Shown in pieces: positions 19,701-29,520 of a DNA stretch of 64,000 bases. The DNA comes from a virus (taxonomy: Duplodnaviria > Heunggongvirae > Uroviricota > Caudoviricetes). Made by a program: the position numbers and the translations under genes. Each line of letters starts with the position of its first letter. Position 1 is the stretch's first letter. The notes beneath the pieces were generated by a model. The model searched no databases, was not told the DNA's origin, and was given only the letters and a program-made list of their open reading frames with translations. The DNA lies in IMG/VR virus record IMGVR_UViG_3300032156_000005, positions 1-64,000 of that record; one strand, 5' to 3'.

Positions 19701-20627
19701 TTCCTGGACAGTATCCGTGAAATATCCCCCCAATTAAAACCCGACATTGATGCAATCAGTTTGGGTCTGAAAAAGATAACTCGAATTGATCCGGCAGATG
19801 TCGCCACAATGACAAGGGAACTAACTACGGTTGAAATTGCACTAGAAGCTTTTAAAATAAAGGTTGGTTCAACCTTTGGTGCAGAGGAGGGTGGTTTTCT
19901 TGATACATTATTTGGGGTGTCTCCACAAGAAAGTTCAGCCCGGCAACTAATCACTCAGTTAGATGCTGTACTAAAACCAGTCCAAGAAAAATTGAAATCA
20001 ATTAAAAAACTTGATCTTGGTACTGTGGCTATTAATACATTGGAAGCCGAGGCGAAACTCAATAGCCTGGATACGCTACTTAAATCGCAGCGTGCTGGAG
20101 CCCAGACCACTCTGCCTATTATTCAAGCACTAACACCACCTGTAGTTGATTTAACTACAGTTAAAGTTCCCGCTCTCGGTAATGAATGGCAGCAAGTTGG
20201 TGTCATGGTATCCTCAGTAACTATGCTTGTGGTACAAATGGGAGACGCGGCTGTCCAACAAATACAAAAGATTGCCGCCGCCAATGCGGCAGCGGCTCAA
20301 GCAGCAAGCGGTGCTACAATGGCATCTGGTGGATTTGTCTACCGTGCGGCAGGTGGGCCAGCACCACGGTATACCGATACCATTGCAGCAATGTTGACTC
20401 CTGGAGAGGTTGTGGTTAATGCCTCAGCAGCTAGACAATTCTATCCACAACTACAAGCAATGAACGCAGGATCCACACCCATCTTCCGAGATCGCGGGGG
20501 TCCTGTCACCAATGTCGGTGATGTTAATGTCACAGTAAATGGTGGAGACACTGCACAACAGACCATTCGACAGATTGCCAGTGGTCTACAGCGTGGAATC
20601 AAACGTGGAACGATTAGATTAGGTTAG
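16707..20627 (+). CDS. Tail tape measure protein
   Basis: 1306-aa ORF with long alpha-helical/coiled-coil segments, a cluster of hydrophobic helices (~aa 540-600) and a Gly/Ala-rich C-terminus. It is the largest ORF in the tail block, in the canonical position after the chaperone genes. Confidence 0.8.
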   Translation: MGIHNPHTTSGIIMAEEIVQRLGFETGDAISNIDAMRSALERLNTAVSNSANSLKAFNTTGGAFDKALNDLSGKIDAMANKMSTGFSNVKPPNLTFDTSAALGQINKLTGAWGSAAASVPEKQFAQKFAAMQTGLADYVAKNNLSRDQVIQAFAGTLTGSTPAINGLKSKVDELKTAFNSAGAEGQSAGSKIGGLFTQMGKIVAFRTVISLLNDMSTGMKEGVQSASEFSLRLGQISAITDDTTMSLGEIRTALIATSSEFARPLGETTLAFYQTLQNQVGTASESLYVFEQAAKLSAANVAPLTDSVNLLTSALKGWDLEISRAGDLSGMFFEAIKIGRMDASDLADVLGRIGPTARQMGISVEEAMGGVAIMTQQGTKASTAITQLSALMTALIKPTKDLKAVMTQKWGVENAEQAIAKFGGLMGVMRQLEELTGGSSDEMVKFTANVRAVRAEMGLLGPNADAAEAAIKKLEDATVKTADAASKMVLSTPGAQYKKSVVDLANAWTQLGESVLPVATIFNKFKESFVQFMSGTAAQVTLAAAAFFGLVVAVKAYGGAMGLATIATYKWIAALALANPIAAIIIAASIGIGLAIEAMANKSTNDMKKYFDEVDKSVKQQTATFNQENNKQTDIVLKAGKDRLKAALEITSEGVKFYNKEVLAVKASQQAILDVTKKRFDAVLAAHQAYIQKLLSAETEGNQKLLAISEKRLTQKNASEDKQFDLNTSRWDAERQAQQFLTRGDALRSEGLMKLSRAKTPEDLSRIEEYFTRAEAYYGKAASGAATEREQMAIRQKQVDLSKDGLKILDKETELTKQDVAASRTKLINSQEEGNVLSDNLKKYEEGLKMFGGLGKTPKDQAAGLKQMKEAWTEIMQVITQQAPQATDFLGVEKVRTELLAQLSNLPKLNLQVEADLTQLQRQLAAPMSKATSRQQEAIGPEGWTNLPEAVAKQYETSTKIVAEGTKTLAEAAKLGNSIQKQVQEGTKTTVAGFNFQNFLDSIREISPQLKPDIDAISLGLKKITRIDPADVATMTRELTTVEIALEAFKIKVGSTFGAEEGGFLDTLFGVSPQESSARQLITQLDAVLKPVQEKLKSIKKLDLGTVAINTLEAEAKLNSLDTLLKSQRAGAQTTLPIIQALTPPVVDLTTVKVPALGNEWQQVGVMVSSVTMLVVQMGDAAVQQIQKIAAANAAAAQAASGATMASGGFVYRAAGGPAPRYTDTIAAMLTPGEVVVNASAARQFYPQLQAMNAGSTPIFRDRGGPVTNVGDVNVTVNGGDTAQQTIRQIASGLQRGIKRGTIRLG

Positions 20628-20700
20628 TTTTACGCGTCCCGGAAGTAAGCGGGTTCCGGCGCGAAACCAGTAACGAAACCCGCAACAAACGGAGGATCTT

Positions 20701-21192
20701 ATGGATCAAATGAAGTTTTTTGGATTGTTCGTCGCCGAACACCGGGATGCTGCTGGTAAGTTGCTTGGTCTTTATCAAGCACCTAACGCCATTGTAACAG
20801 AAGGTGTGACGCATATGATGGAGTGCGAGTTCCGAGCCGGTGCTCAAGCAAGCACGTGGTATATCGGACTCGTGGATAATAGTGGTTGGACCACATGGGC
20901 TGCCACGCATACAATGGCTGCACATGCAGGTTGGACGGAGGCTGTGCCATATTCAAATGCTACTCGTCCACAATGGACCTGTGGCGCCTCGGCTGCCCGC
21001 GCTATTACAAATGCCGCTACGGTTGATTTTACGGTGAATGCGGCTGCCACTCTAAAGGGTCTATTCATTACGAGTAACAACACGAAGAGTGGAAATACTG
21101 GAACTATGTGGTCAGAGGCGGCCTTTAGTTCGACAGTAACTGTTGCTAATGGTGACACACTTAAAGTCACCTATACCTTGAGTGTGCCTTAA
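20701..21192 (+). CDS. Tail tip / distal tail protein (by position)
   Basis: First ORF after the tape measure gene. RBS GGAGGA 7 nt upstream. Confidence 0.4.
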   Translation: MDQMKFFGLFVAEHRDAAGKLLGLYQAPNAIVTEGVTHMMECEFRAGAQASTWYIGLVDNSGWTTWAATHTMAAHAGWTEAVPYSNATRPQWTCGASAARAITNAATVDFTVNAAATLKGLFITSNNTKSGNTGTMWSEAAFSSTVTVANGDTLKVTYTLSVP

Positions 21193-21255
21193 TGAGTCTC
21201 TCCCTGGCCTTCCAGGTGCATTGCGCCTGGTTGGCTATTTTAATGAGGTGTTAAT

Positions 21256-22266
21256 ATGCTATTATGGATTGACGGCTTTGAAGGCTATAAAACAACAGGC
21301 GCTTTAACTACCGCTTTAATGCTCCGTAGGTATGCTTCGACATACGCTGCGGGTGATATTGTAGCAGGTAGAGTGTCTGGATATGCAATCAAATGGACTG
21401 GTACATCGGCTAATGTCACCACCAATAAATTGACAACTAATAATACTATCATAGTAGGTTGTGCATTTAAGTTTACTACAATGGCGGCAAATCCAATCAT
21501 GCAACTTTATGACGGTGCAACTTTGGGTATGTCAATTCGCACCGTAGTCGGCGGTGAGTTGGATGTATACCTAGGAACAACTAGACTTGCAGGAACCAGC
21601 ACACTATCTCTTGCCACTGGAGTTTGGTACTATATTGAATTCAAAGTTAAGTGTGCCAATTCAGGTGGCACCTATGAAATCAAAGTAGACAATGTGTCAG
21701 TTTTGAGTGATGGTAGCACAGATACCCAGGCTGGCGCAAATGCCTATCACGACACTGTTACGATTATAGCCGCAACGACCAACCAATATGCAGACGATTT
21801 CTATGTATGTGATTCTACTGGTAGCTTAAATAATGATTTTCTAGGCCCATGTCGTGTTATTGCGATAAGTCCTGACGGAGACAGTGCTGTAAATTGGTCC
21901 ACAGTGTATCCAGCCTTATCAGACCACCATGCGGACGTTGACGACGGGGCACTATGTGACGACGACACTACCTATGTCGAGGATAATACAACTGGACATC
22001 GTGACCTATTTGACTATGCAAACGCAACAATAGTGACAAGTATCTACGGCCTTTCGATTGAGACAACTTGTAAGGTGACAGACGTTAATGCTGTGACCCT
22101 AAAAACAGTCATCGTGTCCGGTGCGAATGAATCCACAGTCAGTGAAGCGATAAGTGCAACGGACTATCTAACAGTAAGTAAGATAAGTGAAACCGATCCA
22201 GCTACTCTGGTAGCTTGGGATGTTGCAGATATTAACACAGCACAATTTGGTATTGAGGTAGGTTAA
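21256..22266 (+). CDS. Tail tip protein (by position)
   Basis: 336-aa ORF in the tail-tip block. Confidence 0.4.
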   Translation: MLLWIDGFEGYKTTGALTTALMLRRYASTYAAGDIVAGRVSGYAIKWTGTSANVTTNKLTTNNTIIVGCAFKFTTMAANPIMQLYDGATLGMSIRTVVGGELDVYLGTTRLAGTSTLSLATGVWYYIEFKVKCANSGGTYEIKVDNVSVLSDGSTDTQAGANAYHDTVTIIAATTNQYADDFYVCDSTGSLNNDFLGPCRVIAISPDGDSAVNWSTVYPALSDHHADVDDGALCDDDTTYVEDNTTGHRDLFDYANATIVTSIYGLSIETTCKVTDVNAVTLKTVIVSGANESTVSEAISATDYLTVSKISETDPATLVAWDVADINTAQFGIEVG

Positions 22267-23714
22267 TGTCTCTTCGCACTACTAGACAGTTGATTGAAGC
22301 ATTGGGCCTTGGTGAGAGTAACTTGCGTGTTACTCGTCAGATGGTCGAAGCTCTGGGTACTGGTACTAGTCAGTTGCGTGCAACTCGGCAGATGGTCGAG
22401 ATTTTGATACCCGATCGCGTAATAACCAGAACGTGGAATGACTCGCTGGTCTTTAGCGAACTTGTCGGTCATATGGTAGACCGAAATCCCAAGGTTTATG
22501 ACACGCTATCATTCGTCGAATACATACCTACCATCTTCAATCTGGTAGTCACTGATACGTTGACATTAGTTGATGACGGTCGGCGGTCTATAATAGTTTC
22601 CGTTTCGGATACATTAGATTTAGTCGAAAATAATTATGCTCTAGCATTATTTGGTCTATACTGGCCGACCGGAGACTCTCTAGTTTTTACAGAGGGCGCG
22701 GTTATTGAAGGTCTGAGCACGCTCTCCGATAGTCTGCCCTTCGTAGAAGTTGTTAATTGGGTGGGACCACGCTATACCGATCCAATTCAAAACTATCTAA
22801 CCTTTTCTGAGATGGTCTGGAATAGTAATACCTACAGGGTATCTGTATCAGATTTATTGACACTAACATCTCAAGCTGGTCGCGTTGCTTCTGTAACAAT
22901 TTCTGATTCACTGAGTTTTAGTGACGATGGATTCCGCAATCTTCTAACCATCGACTTACTCGCATTCAACGAGGTAGTATTAAATGGCAAGGGATTACTG
23001 GTAGATAATTCTTTGAGTTTTACTCAGGTAGTGACTTTACAGGGGGGTTTCATTCGACTGATTACCGATAGTCTTAACATCGGACAGTCGGCCACACATT
23101 TTTATCTGACATCATGTATTGATAAACAATATCATCCATTTGTCGGGGAGTCCAGTATAATTGGGCAACCAACTCCGCCCAATACTGAGATTTCTCTCGC
23201 CCAGGGGCTACCAATTGGTGCTGGTTTTCAATTATCCTACCCATTGAATGGGGCGACTGACACTGTTATTCTTCGAGCACCAGAACTAGATACCCGAGAT
23301 AAGAATGCGTTTAATAGAGTAAATCGTGAGACACGAGGTGGAAGATTAGTTGTCTTTGCCGATCCAACCTGGCCGAAGGTAAATACACTATCTTGTACAT
23401 TTATTGGGTTGCTAAAAACAGAGATTGATACTCTTCAGGATTTTATTCTGAATTACATCGGGGAAGAAATACAAGTTATTGATTGGGACGGGCGCATTTG
23501 GGAGGGGGTTGTTCTTAAACCAAATGACCCTGCCACCTGCGATGGCAAGGACCGATGGAGTGTAGGATTTGAGTTTGAGGGTACACTAAAAGAAAACTAT
23601 ACACCAGGATTACCATTGATCTTTACGGATACAGCTAGTAATATTGTGCTGAGATGTCCACAAGCAACCAGTCTATTAGTATTTGTACAAGACGCAGCCT
23701 ATAGGTTAAATTAA
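22266..23714 (+). CDS. Tail tip protein with N-terminal ~18-aa tandem repeats
   Basis: N-terminus TTRQLIEALGLGESNLRV / TRQMVEALGTGTSQLRA / TRQMVEIL is encoded by ~51-54-bp tandem DNA repeats (22278-22415). ATGA overlap with the upstream gene. Confidence 0.4.
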   Translation: MSLRTTRQLIEALGLGESNLRVTRQMVEALGTGTSQLRATRQMVEILIPDRVITRTWNDSLVFSELVGHMVDRNPKVYDTLSFVEYIPTIFNLVVTDTLTLVDDGRRSIIVSVSDTLDLVENNYALALFGLYWPTGDSLVFTEGAVIEGLSTLSDSLPFVEVVNWVGPRYTDPIQNYLTFSEMVWNSNTYRVSVSDLLTLTSQAGRVASVTISDSLSFSDDGFRNLLTIDLLAFNEVVLNGKGLLVDNSLSFTQVVTLQGGFIRLITDSLNIGQSATHFYLTSCIDKQYHPFVGESSIIGQPTPPNTEISLAQGLPIGAGFQLSYPLNGATDTVILRAPELDTRDKNAFNRVNRETRGGRLVVFADPTWPKVNTLSCTFIGLLKTEIDTLQDFILNYIGEEIQVIDWDGRIWEGVVLKPNDPATCDGKDRWSVGFEFEGTLKENYTPGLPLIFTDTASNIVLRCPQATSLLVFVQDAAYRLN

Positions 23715-24097
23715 TGTTCCGAATCGAAGCACCGTATCCCAATAGTCAGACAACTACAATTCTACCCAGTCCAAGTTGGGGTGACGTGTATGAACCGACG
23801 GCTACGGTTAAAGCACTTAGGGCTATGGATGGAACCCTCTATACATACACCCAGTCTAAAAATAAACGTCGAAAATGCCACTGGGATTTTAAGTTGGCAA
23901 GAGATAAGGCCCTGGAATTGAAAGCCTTTCTCTCCTGTTACTATGGTACTAAGATTAAAGTCACCGACCATGATCTAGTTGTTTGGTTCGGCTATTTTCA
24001 GAATAATCCTTTTGAGTTTGCTGGTGCGGGTAGAGCCCCATCATTTCCGGGCGGAGAGATTGTAGATATTTCAATTGATTTCGAGGAATGTGACTAA
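23714..24097 (+). CDS. Tail tip protein (127 aa, by position)
   Basis: Overlapping start/stop with neighbours within the tail-tip operon. Confidence 0.4.
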   Translation: MFRIEAPYPNSQTTTILPSPSWGDVYEPTATVKALRAMDGTLYTYTQSKNKRRKCHWDFKLARDKALELKAFLSCYYGTKIKVTDHDLVVWFGYFQNNPFEFAGAGRAPSFPGGEIVDISIDFEECD

Positions 24098-27000
24098 TGA
24101 GAACAATACCTGCTACAGTATTACCGTATCTACAACGTCAATATGGAACGGAACCCATATTCATAGTTGAAGTCGCATGGTCGGGTGACTCTGGAAATAG
24201 AGTAGCGTATTCCGATCAGAAAATTTCCGGTGGGGATTATCCATGTCCAACATTAGTTGAACTCTCTAATTTTGATACCAGTTTGAAACTACAGGGATCG
24301 AACGATTCACAAAATACTTCCGTCACCTTAGACGACACTGACGGGAGTCTACGAACATTCCTTGATACGCAGGATATACAAAAATGTCCTTGTTGGATCT
24401 ATCTAACCTTCAAAGGTCTACCAGCCACTGAACGAATACTCTTATTCAGTGGAGAGGTCAGCAGTCCGATAAATTGGGACGAGGGTACGAGAACACTACA
24501 GTTTGATATTGTTACTCGATCCACTGATACCGATGTTGCCTTTTCAATGGAGGAGGGGGATTTTCCCAACGTGCCGGAAGATGCGATGGGTAAAGTTTGG
24601 CCGCTAATATTTGGCACCGTCTGCCACATGCAAGCAGTACAAGTCCGATCACCTAGAAAGGGTTATCTTGCACGTGGTGAGGGCATCCACGACTTCACAA
24701 TCGAGCCACGAATCTGTCAAGCCCACTTCTTACAATGTCGTAGTGCCGTCATCAACTCTCAAGAAGTTGACAATCCTGATTTTACACGTTATCATCCGTG
24801 GCAATGTTCGGATCATACTGATTGTACATATACTCAGGGGGTGGGGATTGATTGTACTACTATAACTTGTGACCGGACTGTTACGACAGATTTATTTTTC
24901 GGGGAACAAGTAAATGCGGAAGAACCCGAAAAAATGACCCAAGAAACATGGGGTCCAGATCCAGATTGCGTGGAAGAGAGATTCATTACTATATGCGAAT
25001 TGGAAGATTCTCTGGAGAAACAAAAAGCGTATGAGCATTCCACTATTACAATCACTGGTGGGGATAAATTTCCACAGGGGCGCGCAGTCACTATCGATAT
25101 AGAGGGTGCGAAATTTATTGGCGTATTTTCTGGCGAGTCTTTTGCTATCGTCGATAGAAAGCATCCAGAGTATGATACCACCGATTTAATTCAATGCCAC
25201 GCAGTCTCCACTATCTGGAGTGGATATTATGAATTGGTACATTGGAATAGTACATGGATTCCGACGGTAGATTTTCAAACATGGTATGTACCTCAAGTCT
25301 ATCATCACGACGAAGTATGTACAGAGACTCCGCAATGGGTATCGGTAGCGAAGGATGGGGTTGAATCGTCACAAGAGGCGTTGGCCGAAATGCCTACTGG
25401 ATCCTTTTGTTGGCTACCGGCTGGTGCTGAAGTTTTTCTAGAAGAAGAAACTGAAATCCTGTATATTGTAAGTTTGATACCTGGAACCGTTAATAATGTG
25501 GCGGCGTATAAGAAACAGGAAACGACTAATAGAGAACTCCTGATGACCGTTCCTACGGACCTATACACAGTGTATGAGACGGATTATACTGGGTATACGG
25601 TTGTTGAAATAGGATTTGACATGCCTCTCAGTAAAATTGACGACACATGGCAGGATGACATCTATGTATCGTTCACGTCTGATATTGGACCTAATCCAAT
25701 AGATATTATTGCGTGGTTAATTCTCAAGTATACAGATTTAACATTCGACAATACCTCAAGACTCTATGTGCGTAATCGACTCACAAATTATCCTAATAAC
25801 TTCTGGGTCAAAGAAAAACTTAGCGTCCTACAGCTTATTCAAGATATTGCCTATCAATCCAGGTGTGCGATTTACATCCGTGAAGGCGTCTTATATATCA
25901 CATACCTAGCAGAAGAACCAACTTCGGTACGAACATTTACTGAATCAAATATTCTCGCAAACACATTCAAAATTAAGTTGAGTGATACAAATGATCTAGT
26001 AACAAAGTATTCGGTTGATTGGTCCTCTACTGAAGCTGGTGTTGTTTCAACGGACAGTGTAGATAATCGACTGATATTAAAATATAACGCCAATAAGTAT
26101 GGAATTAGTGAAAGTAGTACATCCTACTATACCCAGAATACTTATAGCACTATTCTAAAGTCAGCCACATTCTGGATGATTAGATCCGCAAACACATGGA
26201 AGCAGGTTGAATTTGATGCCCCGCTTACTATGTTGGATTTGGACCTATTTGACTGCGTGACTCTTAGTGTCGCTCAATTATCGAGCACCCCTATTAAAGC
26301 CATTATCACTGGTATCCAGTACAACAATAAGGAAAACTTCATACACTTTGAATGCCAAACATCCATTCGATCTGGAGAAACGACTCCCTATAAATTCTTC
26401 TGGCCCGCTGATATCGCCGCAGGAAGCCTATTTCCACCAACATCGGACGAAGCAGATGCAGGGGCTGGATATCCCTTCGTTGTTACCCCTCCAGTGGGAC
26501 ACATTCTACGAGGTGGAAACGTTGTTCTCGACGACCAGACCCATATTATACTATCCGCTGGCGACCAGTATCCCTCCGACTCAGGAGATACATTACCTAC
26601 TGCCGCATGTCGTATCTCGGATGTAATGGATATTGTTGAACCAGATCCAGTTGTCGATGCATTGGAATTGGCAAAAAAGGCGATAGCGTCCGCTAGTGGA
26701 TCCTCAAGAACTCCTCCCCCCGCAGTGGTAGGGGCGCCAATCCAATATACGTCATGCTCCGATTGCGGTGTAAGTTGTGACCACTTTACAAATATTTGTA
26801 CGTGGAAGGTGACTGTTATGTCTGTCATTTCCTACTACGAGCGCCCGTGTTCAGGTGGTCCATGCGACGGCGGTCCAATTAGTTGTGCTGGTGTTATTCG
26901 CGGCTGCTGCTATACTTTTAACAACAAAGAGGACGCTGAAATATTTAGATCTGGTAACTTGGGTGATATTATCAATGGGCTTGTTGAATGCGATGATCCA

Positions 27001-27240
27001 CGAGGACCGAGTTATCCAAAGATACTGACCCCTTCTAACATAGGCACAATATCAGTGTCGCAACTTGAAGTGAAGTATGGAAAAAATATGAACCAAACGG
27101 AACCATATGGTGGATGGGACGTAAGCAAGGAGGACGATTTATGCGGATCTCAGGCGGGTGGAATTGGATTTGGTCCTGGTGGCTCTGTAGGTAATAATTG
27201 TACTTGTACAGGAATGGGGATGATAAACGAACCATGTTAA
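24097..27240 (+). CDS. Central tail fibre / host-specificity-like protein (1047 aa) with Cys-rich C-terminus
   Basis: Largest tail-tip ORF, in the lambda gpJ-like position. C-terminal ~200 aa are Cys/Gly-rich (CSDCGVSCDH..., CSGGPCDGGPISCAG..CC). Confidence 0.5.
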   Translation: MRTIPATVLPYLQRQYGTEPIFIVEVAWSGDSGNRVAYSDQKISGGDYPCPTLVELSNFDTSLKLQGSNDSQNTSVTLDDTDGSLRTFLDTQDIQKCPCWIYLTFKGLPATERILLFSGEVSSPINWDEGTRTLQFDIVTRSTDTDVAFSMEEGDFPNVPEDAMGKVWPLIFGTVCHMQAVQVRSPRKGYLARGEGIHDFTIEPRICQAHFLQCRSAVINSQEVDNPDFTRYHPWQCSDHTDCTYTQGVGIDCTTITCDRTVTTDLFFGEQVNAEEPEKMTQETWGPDPDCVEERFITICELEDSLEKQKAYEHSTITITGGDKFPQGRAVTIDIEGAKFIGVFSGESFAIVDRKHPEYDTTDLIQCHAVSTIWSGYYELVHWNSTWIPTVDFQTWYVPQVYHHDEVCTETPQWVSVAKDGVESSQEALAEMPTGSFCWLPAGAEVFLEEETEILYIVSLIPGTVNNVAAYKKQETTNRELLMTVPTDLYTVYETDYTGYTVVEIGFDMPLSKIDDTWQDDIYVSFTSDIGPNPIDIIAWLILKYTDLTFDNTSRLYVRNRLTNYPNNFWVKEKLSVLQLIQDIAYQSRCAIYIREGVLYITYLAEEPTSVRTFTESNILANTFKIKLSDTNDLVTKYSVDWSSTEAGVVSTDSVDNRLILKYNANKYGISESSTSYYTQNTYSTILKSATFWMIRSANTWKQVEFDAPLTMLDLDLFDCVTLSVAQLSSTPIKAIITGIQYNNKENFIHFECQTSIRSGETTPYKFFWPADIAAGSLFPPTSDEADAGAGYPFVVTPPVGHILRGGNVVLDDQTHIILSAGDQYPSDSGDTLPTAACRISDVMDIVEPDPVVDALELAKKAIASASGSSRTPPPAVVGAPIQYTSCSDCGVSCDHFTNICTWKVTVMSVISYYERPCSGGPCDGGPISCAGVIRGCCYTFNNKEDAEIFRSGNLGDIINGLVECDDPRGPSYPKILTPSNIGTISVSQLEVKYGKNMNQTEPYGGWDVSKEDDLCGSQAGGIGFGPGGSVGNNCTCTGMGMINEPC

Positions 27241-27575
27241 GTTGTAAATTTCAATCTGCAATACTCGATATAAATGAGCAGCAAAATTATTTAAGCTGCT
27301 ATAATCAAAACCAGAAACAAAGATTTGGGTCCTTAGTGAATTCCCATATCTGCAAACTTTGTCCATTACAAGAGATCCATGATATGCATCGAATGGACGA
27401 ACGAGAGCATACAAAAAGATCTGCCGATTTAGTGAACACTATTTTCTCTACTTCCTGTTCACGGTGTCACGTGTACCGGGAGTCCGATGACAATTGTCAG
27501 ATTATCCATAACTCAAAGACTGTACATGAAATGATCGAAGACTCCACTCGTCATTGTCCGAGGCATCTATGGTAG
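27234..27575 (+). CDS. Cys/His-rich small protein, paralogue A (ends HCPRHLW)
   Basis: ATG overlaps the stop of the upstream gene. Multiple Cys/His pairs (CKLC, CSRCH, HCPRH). Confidence 0.4.
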   Translation: MLSCKFQSAILDINEQQNYLSCYNQNQKQRFGSLVNSHICKLCPLQEIHDMHRMDEREHTKRSADLVNTIFSTSCSRCHVYRESDDNCQIIHNSKTVHEMIEDSTRHCPRHLW

Positions 27576-28273
27576 ATTGTACAAAATGTCAGAAAATTAT
27601 TCGCCGTGAAGCCGATGGCACTAAATCGGAAAAAACTCGGTGTATAAACGGATTAACTCAAACATTTAGACAGACTGTGACTCAAGAGTCCTGTGACACT
27701 TGTGCTTTAAAACAGATATGGGATTGTCAATGTGTACTAAATCCACCTAAACTCCCGATATATCAGCAACCGGCATTAGGCTGCGATGGGGAGATTATAT
27801 ACTCGAATGGAGAGCCACCTTGTCCGTATGGGTATACACCGACAGACAATTCTCTGGTATTTATACCAAAGTGGCCAGCCTGTTCGTATTTGGAATTCTC
27901 CAATGAACTACATGATGATGGATCGTTGAGGATTAAAGCCCGGTGTGCCATTACAAAGAAACTAATGGATCCAGATACCTGTATGAGTTGTAATGGTGAC
28001 ATTACTTCGATTACACCAAAACAATATCCCGCCATAGCGGAAGAATTAACAACGTATATTAAAGCAGTTAAAGGGTGGATTTTCGCAGGTCGACCGACTC
28101 GAACAGACGAGGAAATCGCGGAGATCCACTCTAAGTATTGTACTCAGTGTGACTGGTATGATCCCGAGCAGACAAGATGCAAAGGATGTGGCTGCGCAAC
28201 TAAGGCAGCGGGTGCAGCACTACTGAATAAGATAAAAATGGGTACTCAGCATTGTCCCAAACAACTGTGGTGA
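27569..28273 (+). CDS. Cys-rich protein, paralogue B (ends HCPKQLW)
   Basis: ATGGTAG overlap with paralogue A. 20 Cys, including CTKCQ, CDTC, CMSCNG, CTQCDW, CKGCGC. Confidence 0.4.
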   Translation: MVDCTKCQKIIRREADGTKSEKTRCINGLTQTFRQTVTQESCDTCALKQIWDCQCVLNPPKLPIYQQPALGCDGEIIYSNGEPPCPYGYTPTDNSLVFIPKWPACSYLEFSNELHDDGSLRIKARCAITKKLMDPDTCMSCNGDITSITPKQYPAIAEELTTYIKAVKGWIFAGRPTRTDEEIAEIHSKYCTQCDWYDPEQTRCKGCGCATKAAGAALLNKIKMGTQHCPKQLW

Positions 28274-28276
28274 TTT

Positions 28277-28834
28277 ATGGGTTTCTCATGGCTTTCTGAT
28301 ATCTTTAATGCCCTGCTTAAATTTATACCGAGACCAATTATTGTACGCGCTACACATGGTGGAGTCAAATGGAGATTTGGAAAATGGGTCTGTGAATTAA
28401 AACCTGGATGGCATTGGATATGGCCACTAACAACCGACCATGAGATCATTGTCACAGCCCGCCAGACTAATCATCAACCTGGACAAGCGCTCACCACAAA
28501 GGACAAGAAGCAAGTAGTGGTAAGCGTGTTGGTTGTCTTCTCGGTGAAGGATATCATTAAGGCAATTGGTGAGCAGAATTGGGACGTCGGTACAACAGTA
28601 AATGATATTTCCCAGGCTGCGGTTGTTGACGTTATTACCAAGTGGAATCTAGACGAACTAATGGAGCATGCGTCAGATAAGGTACGAGATGATTTGACGG
28701 ACGAAGTACGTAAACAACTGCGACAGTTTGGAGTTTATGTTCATAAAGTTGCATTAACTGAACTCTCGCTGTGCAGAGTTTTTAAGATTATCAGTAAGGG
28801 TGAGGCCCCGACCTTCAATGTTGAAGGTGTCTAA
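28277..28834 (+). CDS. SPFH/band-7 (stomatin/prohibitin-like) domain protein
   Basis: Pattern ...TKDKKQVVVSVLVVFSVKDIIKAI...VNDISQAAVVDVITKWNLDELMEH...VRDDLTDEVRKQL... resembles the SPFH core: antiparallel beta region, then a helix with conserved Leu/Asp/Glu/Arg spacing. Confidence 0.4.
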   Translation: MGFSWLSDIFNALLKFIPRPIIVRATHGGVKWRFGKWVCELKPGWHWIWPLTTDHEIIVTARQTNHQPGQALTTKDKKQVVVSVLVVFSVKDIIKAIGEQNWDVGTTVNDISQAAVVDVITKWNLDELMEHASDKVRDDLTDEVRKQLRQFGVYVHKVALTELSLCRVFKIISKGEAPTFNVEGV

Positions 28835-28842
28835 ATAAAAAA

Positions 28843-28869
28843 CGATAGCACACTTTAGGTGTACTATCG
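28843..28869. terminator. Bidirectional terminator between convergent genes
   Basis: Stem CGATAGCACAC / GTGTACTATCG (one mismatch), loop TTTAG. A-run upstream (AAATAAAAAA) and T-rich downstream on the opposite strand. Confidence 0.55.
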
Positions 28870-28908
28870 CTACTAATTTCTTTTAACATAGCCCCTAGTG
28901 GGCTATTT

Positions 28909-29520
28909 CTATATCATCATCAATGTCTTGTACACCTTTGCTTCTGCCAATGCATCAGCCAGGGCGTCGTGGGCATTAATTACTGGTATGTGAAGCTGTT
29001 TACACATAGCCGATAGACCTACCGTAGGGAAGGGAATCTGCTCCCCATGAAAATGGGCCCTATCATTTATTGACACGGCAAAAAGCATGGAATCTCTTGG
29101 ATGTGGATGAAAAAACTGATTGAAACTTTCCATACCCAACCATGCCTTTAGGAACCCAGCTTCAAATGCCCAGTTGTGTGCCAATGGAACAAGTGATTTA
29201 CGAAAAGGTAATTCAAGTCGTTGAAACCACTCATCAAATAAGTCAGCCACACGCTCTTGACTAACACCTTCTTTTGCCAGTTTGAATATGTCAATACCGT
29301 GGATTATCGTAGCTTCCTTTTCAGCACGCTCAGGATACATTGGTGCGATTTTCCAGTAAAAAGGATGCACGTCCTCTAATGGTTCCATGTCGCTATTAAG
29401 TGGTTGTACCGCTATCTGAATAATCTCATGATATCCTGGCATAGTGCCAGTAGTCTCAACGTCCACTGCCGCTAGTAGGTTGTGGTTAATGTTTACTAGA
29501 CTGTTGTAGGTCCTAGGCAT
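28909..29520 (-). CDS. DnaQ-like 3'-5' exonuclease (DEDDh family)
   Basis: Exo I AAVDVETTG, Exo II HNWAFEAGFL, Exo III HDALADALAEAK. Confidence 0.7.
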   Translation of the reverse strand: MPRTYNSLVNINHNLLAAVDVETTGTMPGYHEIIQIAVQPLNSDMEPLEDVHPFYWKIAPMYPERAEKEATIIHGIDIFKLAKEGVSQERVADLFDEWFQRLELPFRKSLVPLAHNWAFEAGFLKAWLGMESFNQFFHPHPRDSMLFAVSINDRAHFHGEQIPFPTVGLSAMCKQLHIPVINAHDALADALAEAKVYKTLMMI

